Part shown: positions 54,301 through 64,000 of the stretch, in pieces | Layout of the letters: every line of letters begins with the position of its first letter | Numbering within the stretch: the stretch's first letter is position 1 | Assembly: GCA_051362555.1 (NCBI GenBank) | Contig: CM120641.1 | Coordinates: 27,348,401 to 27,412,400 of the forward strand | DNA from: Lingula anatina | Taxonomy: Eukaryota; Animalia; Brachiopoda | Direction of reading: 5' to 3' | Length of the DNA stretch: 64,000 nucleotides | Position numbers and translations under genes: made by a program | Notes under the pieces: generated by a model | Told to the model about the DNA's origin: nothing | What the model saw: the letters and a program-made list of their open reading frames with translations, nothing else | The model's database searches: none

Positions 54301-57300
54301 AAATTGCAATTAATTAACGTTTTAGGAAAAACGGTTTTTGCTTTTTACGACAGGGGCTATGTCGAAAAAAATCAAACAGATATTAACTGTGAGTGCCGAA
54401 AAAAAAGTTACCATATCAAGAAATATTTTTTATTTGTAAATATTATATATCGTGTATTAATGAAAGAAATCAAAAAGATTATCCTTTTTTTTACATTTGC
54501 AGTTAATACGCCGCGTGTCTACTTGCAAAGCTTTGAATTTCTGTTTTTGAATATTTTATCAAAAAGTGATATATCTGTACGTAATGACCAGATCAGAAGA
54601 CTTATTTTCCACTCAATATCCTCGTCTTAGTAAGATTTGGGTCTAAGAAAACTGCGTGGCCTCTTCTCTCATTGGCCGACGGTCTGGTATTTCATTGATA
54701 TTTCTGTAAATTTTGGTAAGAAAACCCAACTTTTACTATGGAGGCGTAGACTGAACATGGACTATCAGCCGAAAGCCATGGGGTTTTTCGATAAAACCTT
54801 TACTTAATAACCTGCCCGGACTTAACTGAGGTAAGCGAAAAAGGAAATAATTTCCAAAACTCAAGTCGGACTGATTCACTGACAAAGTCATTGTCAAATT
54901 GTTAGATGTGAGAAAGGTGGAGGTTTTAAGAAAAACGCATTCTTTTCATTTATTGGCATTATAATCTGAGTCTCAGACGGATCAGTTACCGTAAGATAAA
55001 CAGATTGGCAGGTAACAGATAAAGTTTAAAACGAGCCATATCGGATTGCTTGGCTAACAATTATGTTGCGAATGACTTTTCGTAGCGGCAAAGAAAGAGC
55101 AGCATTCTGTTGCTACGTTTTCCCAAAGTCTCAATGCACAGTTCGTGATGATTTGAGACAAGCTAGACGGAAACACCAAAACTCCTTCATTTGCGTCTGA
55201 GACATAATTCAATAGACACCGACCAGTGAAACTATACCAAGCTATTTCATCATTTACAAACCTTTATCTAGCAATTAAACAGTAGAGAAATCTAAACAAA
55301 TCGATTAGACTTAATTCCAGGACTTAACTTCGCTGTCACTAATGGGACAAGATCGATACCCCCAACTGCGACGTGAAAAACCGAAGAAAACTGCAAGTAA
55401 AACGTTGCAGCGTCATCGGCACATTTTTTGTTAAATAGCCGGGGATGTGGTTTGGCCTTAGAACTGTCCACCAACCCCTCGATTTGCCCGTGCGGCCACG
55501 GAGTGCAGGAACTGCCCGGCAAGTCAAATCGCACTAGACACCCCTCCATTATTTTAAAATACAGTATTCACAATTGTCTCAACACACGAGTAGCCCTACT
55601 TCATGTAGCACCAGCTAATTATGTTTAATTAAATAGATGTAGCTATCTTAAGTTACGGCAGCTAGTAAAATAAAATAGCTGGTTTGTGTTCATTAGATCA
55701 AGGTTCACGAACAAGTTAGAGTCTTGCATAAAAAAGTACTCAATTGTACTTAAACATCAAATGCGTGTATCTTATGTTTTAGTATTTAAAAATAACTTTT
55801 TGACTGTCAAGCAAGAGGTTTTGCGATGCCTTCGTGTTCCACGTTGTCTAAATATGGTTTTGGAAACATGTATCTACCATTGCATCGTTTCATGGATGTG
55901 ACAAGTTAGTATTTTTTGTTTTCCTGCTACAAAAAGCTAACAAGGTTAATCTCATCTGGTTAAACAAAATGTGTATCATCTGAAGATTCCCACGAAGATC
56001 GCCTGATTATCAAAAATAAAGAGATCTTTCTTAGCCATTTTAAACGAACGTGAAAGCCCGGTAATGTACTTACGCAAGGAAGATATTTTCTACGCAAATA
56101 AAGCATAGAAGGGTGGGAAAAGAATAACTATTTATATTTAAATGGGAGGGAAAAGCTTTGGGATGACCTTATTAACATGTAAAATGTAGCTATCTAGAGT
56201 GTGTATGTGAGTGCGTACACGCGCGTGTGGGTGTGCTTGCTTGTTCACTACTGTGTCCAGCTATATATATTATATTTATTTGACCATTTAAATTAACAAA
56301 TCTGCTTTCGTGATATGTTGTAGGCACTTTTCTTCAGGAAAAGCTACATGTATCTACCTGGCGCGATCATTCTCCAAGCACGGTCACTTCGAGGGCAAAG
56401 AAGAGGCTACCACTACCCCTCATTCGCCATCCATCAGTTCAAGCGCTTGTCGCACAAAAAACCACAAACATGGCTGAGGAACTGAGTCAGGTGCAAAATT
56501 ACACCTGTGGATGACACTTGTTCATTAATTTGAGTCATCGTGGGCTTAATTCGGAGACATTTGAGTTCAGCTTGACTTGTTATTTTTTGTTGAAACGTGC
56601 TAAATTAATGATTGGATTAATAGAAAAGACGGAGTTGCTTTGGTTGCGTTCTAAACATGACAGGACCGTTACCACAAACGTTCGAGATTTGAGAAATAAA
56701 CACCAGGTTTGCGGAATTACAAAATGAGAAATATTATCCCGCAAAGATTAATTTTATTTCCTTTTATGCTCTAAGTGAAAGATGCACAGTTACTGGTATT
56801 TTACGAAAACAACCACAAAGAAGAAATACACTTGGTGGTGGCATCTTGCGTTTAAATAGTATATTGCCATAGCATTGTCTTTCTATCCTGTGATGTGGAA
56901 ACTCGGTAAAAGAGAGATATTGGTGTTCATAAAAAATATGATTGACGGGGACTTTTCTGTGGAACCTAAGTATACCTACCACAAACTTCAACCTGCGTTC
57001 ACCAGGTAATCGATTTATAGGTAAACAGAAACAAAATCTGGGGGTTGGACAGTGTTGAAGTGATTGATTCCCCCCCTCTGAAGTCGACGCCAGGGATGTT
57101 TAACATAGGATTATGTGTAGCAGAAGACAGTCAAAAACTTCTGTGACGGAGGGCAAATGGGCAATAACAAACACCTCACTTTGAGAGGTACATTGACGAT
57201 GAAGTCTGGGTAGACCTTGCTGCCAGTCGGGTTGACATGGACGACGGAGGTGTTCTACAACATTGGGGCATACTGCTCTGCGCTGATCGGGGCGACGACA

Positions 57301-60300
57301 GGATTCACTTCATTTATCTACATATTAAGGGAAATATTTGATAAACAAAATGTCGAAAATACTTCAATAAACCCCCTAACCCCTAAAAGTGATACTGTTG
57401 TAGATCGAAACCAATCTTCAACCTGTTTTTCGATAGAAAAAAATTCTTTTTGATAATCAAAATTGGCAGGCATCACCTCTCTATTTAAACACCGATGCAG
57501 TCATAAACCATGTCCAGATTGTTGAGAAACGAGCTTTCGATAACGCAATAACATTTTTCATTAACTTTCTTTATAGCACCTTTTTAAACATAAAACACCA
57601 ACATTATTTAAGGCGTCTAAATATTTACTTGCTTGTAGTTTTTAAGATCAGTTAACAGGGGAGGCAGTTTAAACCAGTCATCAGTCTCAGCAAGCTTAAT
57701 TCAACTTCATAAAACAGCAATAACGTTGTGCTTTATCAACTCTACATTGTACAACGTCAAGTGCACCGATAATTCAACTACTCCAGTTTGGTGCATTAAT
57801 TTCAAAGAATTGTCTCGGATCTAGATTAGCGTCTTATATACAAGGCTATAAAACAGGCCCGTCAAAAATCAAAGGACTTTGGCAAAAACTACGTTCAGTC
57901 AAAGGAAATGCGTTTCATCCGATTCCCTAAATCAAAACGTTGGTAATTCGTTGACAAATATTGCGCTATATAGTTTCCAGAGTTTCTCACAGCCCTAATT
58001 TACTGGAGCAAAACATGCGCAGCAGACAATATTGGAAAGCTTCCGCGATTGTCCGTACGCATTTAGCATCCCTTTGATCAAACAACTATACAAGTAACAT
58101 TGCTATAAACGCTTCTTTTTTTACGTCACGAGATTTGCAGTTTTTGGATGCCCTTTTCTCAGAACGTATTACAAGTGCAGTGTGATTTTTTTTTCCTTTT
58201 GTTTTTGGGGCGTTTTTGTTTTCTAAAATTAATTCCGTCAACGACTGTGTATTGTTTGCCTTTGTCCAGAACTACTTAACCCCTCACCCACAAATGTGTA
58301 GTTTAAGTATCAAAGGGAGCTCTCCTAGAACTACTTTTCGAAACCACACACCGGCATATTAAAGGCCGTGAACATGAACAGAGATATGCTTCCTTTCTGT
58401 AAACGATTACCATTAAAGAGAAAGCAGAGAAAGATATAGCACAGAACATTAAATGGTATTACAAAATTATTTATGAATTAAAATATTAATTTGATTCTTT
58501 CATTTTACCATGTTCTATCGATTTTTACTGATGTTCGATGAATATGAGTATCTTAAAACATGTGAAAATTCCCATTGATACTCGTGAAGTAACTGAATAT
58601 CCAATCAGCAATAAGAATGCATACTTAACATCATATATGGGTTTTCTTCAGCATCGATTTTCATCACACCCTTAAAACACATAGTGGATCGCACTTAATT
58701 TAAAATTGCATGCGGCATTCAGCTAGCTTGGCCCCATTAAAACGCAAAGTTCTCGAAAGTATCTCATGGTTTCAGCAGCAAATGTTGCTTTAATCTTATT
58801 TTTTTAAAAAGCAAGACCTAGTCATATGTTTTCCTTTGATATGACAACTAATGGATAAAAGCCACGAAAAAGGTCGACCGTTCGGTGTAGTTGAGAATGT
58901 TGCCGCTGTAGCATTCAATCTGTTAATGTGAATTAAAGACCATAGTCAAACGTCGTCTTCGTTCAGTGTTTCAGCCCGTCTGTCATTTTCGTGTTTGTGT
59001 TTTACGCTACAAACATCCCTCCGGTTGTTTTTTATTTCCAAGACCTATTAATTCTGGGCAAGTTCCCTAGAAACGTGTTAAGACTATTTATATTTAAAAG
59101 CACAAGAGGTTGGCTTTCATTTATTGAAAACTGGTTACCTTTTAAATGGTTTATGAAAACTGGAGTATTAATGATAGTATTTGTCTTTTTTTATTCTGTA
59201 GTAGACAATAGAAATTTTTAAAAATGCATTTAGAAAAGCATGCAGATATTGTAACAAACCTCATTAACCGCGAGAAAAAAACTTCCACCGTTTGAGTTAC
59301 AGTGAATTAAATTGATCACTCCGTTTTCTCTAGCAACAATACACGTGATAATTTCCGACTTTAACCGCTCAAAAGACCACTAATATCTTAGTCACCTGTT
59401 GTTTTTAAGGTTAGAACAGAAGCTTTCTAATATATTTCAGCAGCAGTATATGAACGCGTGGCCTGCTGGTTGGGAACTTACTCAGCCTGGTTATCGCCCA
59501 GGAGTTTGATACAAGCTCCTATCAATGTACATTCTTTTCTGTGTGAGGTTCCTTCAAAGGAGACAAACAACATAAAAAGAAACGATATCTAGCCATGATT
59601 GGCGGCATTTTCGGGATTTCTTTTTTCTCTTTCCAACTCCTATCACTGAGAAAGGTCAGTCGTGTATAGAATGACTGTGTGATTTCTAGTGAAACAACAC
59701 CAAAGGGGATTTTCTATTTTGCGCTTTGCTAGTCAAGATCTACTCACTTATATATATATCTTGTTGCGTCAGAACCGCCTTGAAAAAAAAATCAACTATA
59801 AAAAAATGAAAATAAATAAGGTCAATGTAGGCGTTTGGACTTATGAAAAGGCTAAATACCAAAACCCATAGAAAAAAAGATGAATTAAAACTAGACCAAA
59901 ACATGCGTTTCTCCGAATGATTTACACATGTACAAAAAGGAAGTTAGCAGATACGTACTTGTTTTGTGTCTATCTTTTTCTATGTGGGAAGTTAGCCGTG
60001 TTGTTTAAGTGACTTGGTCACTTAAAAGTTATTGCCCAGGAAGTAACTAAACGGGGAAACGGTGGGTAAGGTCGATTATCTTCAGGGGTCAAATGATGCC
60101 AAAGTAGTGATTCGCGTTTTGTTAAACTTTAATGACATTTTAGCAGGGCAATATTTTGTATGATAGTTATTTAAGTCACTGCATAACGAACACAGGGGTT
60201 GGGTACATTAAGTGACTAATGTCGTAAAGGGATATTAAAATCAACAACTGTCCAGCTTAATCAATGGCAAAGTAACCAGCGTGTCTTGCGTTTGGATTCT

Positions 60301-63119
60301 TTTTTTTTTTTTTTAATCACTTTAAAATTTGTTGAAAGATAGGAGTGTAAAATGAGGGGAGGAAACAAACAAAAAAACCCCTTACCGTACAAGATCCAGT
60401 TCAAAGGTCGACCCATACGTTCGAATAACAATTAGGAACATCAAGCTCTTAACGTTAATCAAAGGGGAATGCACCGGTGCAAAAGGCCCAAAGATGTAAA
60501 TGGCATAAATATCTATATAATTTGAGGTCCATCCCAAATCAGAGCCGAATTAGGCCAAAAACTGTTTCGGCTTGTTTGTTAAACAGTGCTTGATAAATCG
60601 TCTTACTGCACTGAGGATCCTCTCTGTTTATTGCTACACCAGTTCTTGCTGAAGATAAATTGCTCATAGTATTGCACGTTGGGCGATTCGGTAGATAAAT
60701 CTTAAATGTAATTACTTCTCTACTCGCACCCACGAGCAATGAGCATAATTCAAATGTTTCGACTGAGTAACAGCGTGTAATTTGCAGCAATTTTAACTGT
60801 ACTTTTTCAGTTGAATAAGATGCAGCTCGCCTTGCTGTAGTGAATGCTTTAAATTTTGAACAGATCGCGTCGTTTCGAAACAGTTCTTTAAGACCTGATA
60901 CAAAAAAAGAGACTGAGAGTATGAAACAAGCCCAATCGTCAAAGAGATCCTTGTAGTATTTTATTATTTGATTTTCCCATAAAGAGAATGATAAATACAA
61001 ATAAATATCTTGTTAACATCAAAAGTTCAATTTGAAAAAAAAAAAAAAATACGGCGCCTTCTGGACGCAAAAATCCCAAGGACCCCTACCTTAGTCTGTG
61101 GTGTATTTGATACATCGTATTCTTAAATAACGCCTGCACTAAATTTCCCATGCCTTCACCCTTCTCATTTCCTCAATCACACCATTGTCATCCCCCTCCA
61201 GACGGGAGAATAATCCTGTATCAAAAATTTGTTCGTGTATCTCAGTTTCATCCATTTTACATAAAACAGATATAATTTTTCTTCCATCTCGCCACCCTAG
61301 TTGTTTTCTATACAAGGGCTGGACGTAACGGAGAGAAATCAAACCGACCATTTTTACAGAGAATAATACCGTTCGGTAGACAACAAAGGGCCGTGTGTAT
61401 CAGACTTGAGATGAAGATTTATGGTGCCCACTTGATAGTATGTAGTACTGATTCTCACTCCCTCACAACTATTTTTTGTCAAAGGCTCCACTTCAGTACA
61501 TAAGAGCCCAGCCTAAAATCACACAGTTCTCAAGGAGACTAGGAACTCCAAAGCATTTTTATATCTCCAAAACCGTGGGTTATATAAGGACTCAGATGTG
61601 AATTTGCCAATACGAAACCGGCGTTGTTGCTATTCGGTATAATTTTAGATGTAATAAAATATAAAAAGACAAAAACAGATTCTTTTTCGTGCTGTCAGAT
61701 ATATTAAGTTCCAGCTCAAATTTAAATTAAAACCTCGTCGAGCAGAAGCCACTACATGGACTCAAACATGTACTTCCCGATTGACTGATGCACTGAAGAT
61801 TCTTTATGAAGAAAAGTTTATTTAACTAATTAGCTAATTAGTAACAGCTGGATTCCTAATGGAATTACTAGTTTGTAATCATATGGAAGAAGTTGCTGCT
61901 AGCTGGGCGTTAGGCACGTGCCCAAGACGAGAAATGTAAACTCTCAAATAGCACGCTTCCAAAGTCAAACGGTAACCCGTCACTTTGGTTGTTTAACTGG
62001 TTACGACTGCGGAGAGATTTACATGTTTTTCCGCAGCTACTGTGTGTGTGTCTTGTAACATGAGTTGTGTGGTTTGAAGTTTGGACATGGCTTTGATAGT
62101 TAGAGCTTCCACTTCAATCACTAACCCACCTTGATACCAATGTTTTGACTTTTCTCACACAGGAACAGAGTGGTTTTATCCTAGTTCTCAAATAATGCCA
62201 AATACCAATATGTTCGACACAGACTATATTTACCTAGCAGAGCATCACGATCTCCCTGACATGTCTGGCGCGAAAAAAAAAAAAAACGCGTGGCCTAGCT
62301 CTCATTTTATTAACCATCCAATTTCGTGTCCTTACAGGCAGTGCAAAATTGACACTTCAAAATTGATAAATTTAAATTAACAGAGGAATTTCTGGTATGC
62401 ATAAAAAAACTACCCCACCTGCAATACTTGTGTTTTTTTACCACAGACTGTTGTAAGATTATGGCAGTGTGAGGAACTTTAGGTAAGCCACCAATTTTGA
62501 TGACCACCGATCCAAATTAATACTATAGACAGGCAATGCAAATAATTGAACTTGACACAACAATGCCCGGAGAACAGAGCTCTAGCATTTTCCTTATCTT
62601 TTGTGATAACTGAAAGTTGTAAAAATGGATATATTGAGGAAGAAAAACACAACAAACTTTTACGCGCCAGGGTGATTCGGTGGACTCAATAAGCAAGCAT
62701 TTGCAAGATGCTGCATACAAACACTTACGGAAATGATATTTGAATTTTAAGCAAATCTTATGTGGGATATTCAACATAAATAAATACATCAATGCGTATG
62801 GCTACCTACTCCAATTTGCGCTACTTGTCCAGGAAATCTGTCCTGAAATTTGAACTCTGTTAATTGTGGTCAAGTGGCTGCCCTCACTGACCCAGAACGG
62901 AACAGGGTAGCGAAACCAACCGACTTAGGCGCCCTCGGGGTGTCTGACCACTTACTTCAACGACCTTTTTGCTCAGAATGCCCTAATATAAAAATGTTCG
63001 ACAGACATGCTGTGCATATTCTGTTTGATAAATCGTGAACTGAGAGTATCGGTGAGCTTCTCTCGGGAAAATGAAAAATGAAATTATTTCATGCCATCCT
63101 TTTCTTCTATTTTCGCAGT

Positions 63120-63185
<66 letters not shown>

Positions 63186-64000
63186 AAGAGAGTAAGAGAG
63201 AGAAAGAGAGGAAAAGAGAGAGAGAGTATTTAAACAAAACTTTAACACGTCGACCCTATCATAACTCATCGATGCAGTCCCAGCACGAACCACGAACCTA
63301 TTTTCTGTCAGATTCGCCGTCAACATCAAGCGAAAAGTATGGTCCCCGTGTCAACTCATCAAGTCTCAATGTCGAGGTGATAGCGAGTGATAAATAACGG
63401 GGAGTTGGGCGGAATAGCTCGACATAAGCAAACAGTGTAGGAATGAGAAAGCAATGGTTAACTCGTTTGTTCAAGATAAAGACTGGGTCCAAATCTGCCT
63501 CCTTTTTGTAATAAAGTTTACCTCAATAAATCACGGATTATCTCCCAATTATTGCCAGTCTATATAAGCTCAAAGAAATGGCGAAAAGACAGCGAATGAG
63601 GTGTTCTGAACTTAATACACAAATGACACGAACCACATGAGAGCATGTCTGCCTAATACTCGATACACAAACAGTATACGTTCTGTTTTTCTCTGACCCC
63701 AGTACGTAATCTACGACAATTTTGTCTAATAATCCAACTATATAAACCCATTGACATTTAAAGCTTATATATTTAGTGCGGCGTGTTCATGATGTACTTT
63801 TTTTAACACGTGTATTCTACATAAAGCCACTGAGGTTATAACGATAAGGATACTATTGCAGGAAAAACAAACTTTTTACTTGCCTTTTTTTAGAATATTC
63901 AATCGATACTGGCCAGAGGAACAGTTCCATCGCTCATATCGGAACTGAAATTGGCACTCCAGCGCCGACAGCCTCGTGGCTTCCACAAGTGTATCGGCGA
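51351..64000 (-). CDS. WNT9: Wnt9 (5'-truncated by the window edge); last three coding exons
   Basis: Exons 63884->64000 ([39 protein letters not shown]; not in the ORF track), 53850-54121 ([26 protein letters not shown]) and 51351-51821 ([40 protein letters not shown]). Phases match. [11 protein letters not shown] and [14 protein letters not shown] are typical of Wnt9A/B. Confidence 0.95.
57868..60465. promoter_or_regulatory. Cluster of TCF/LEF consensus sites in the Wnt9 intron (candidate enhancer)
   Basis: CCTTTGAW or its reverse complement at 57868, 58071, 58309, 58833, 59553, 60400 and 60458. Confidence 0.5.
63119..63226. repeat. (TG)n(AG)n microsatellite
   Basis: Direct reading. Confidence 0.9.

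Noticed and set aside
60539-61000. 153-aa ORF inside the Wnt9 intron
   Set aside because: Non-ATG start, no recognisable motif and no convincing splice sites.

Overview
AT-rich, intron-rich animal genomic DNA, most likely an invertebrate lophotrochozoan (an inference from repeat types and gene content). I reconstructed four spliced genes by hand. (1) An MPP7/MPP3-like MAGUK p55 gene on + (16 coding exons, 10528-23930, ~582 aa) with several candidate alternative first exons. (2) An unrecognised 3-exon gene nested antisense in an MPP7 intron (20663-21980, ~231 aa), encoding a putative secreted precursor that ends in a Lys/Leu-rich cationic amphipathic segment. (3) A complete NSF gene on - (21 exons, 31911-47752, 737 aa). 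(4) The 3' part of Wnt9 on - (51351->64000), whose ~9.8 kb intron has a GC donor and a dense TCF/LEF motif cluster. Other notable items: a tandem array of the MPP7 C-terminal codons plus stop in the 3' UTR, a duplicated decoy splice acceptor, two modular Helentron-like (HINE) elements, nested MITEs, a TSD-flanked insert with a degenerate hammerhead-like motif, and a CpG-content boundary at the NSF promoter. No database search was run; homology calls come from recalled protein sequences.
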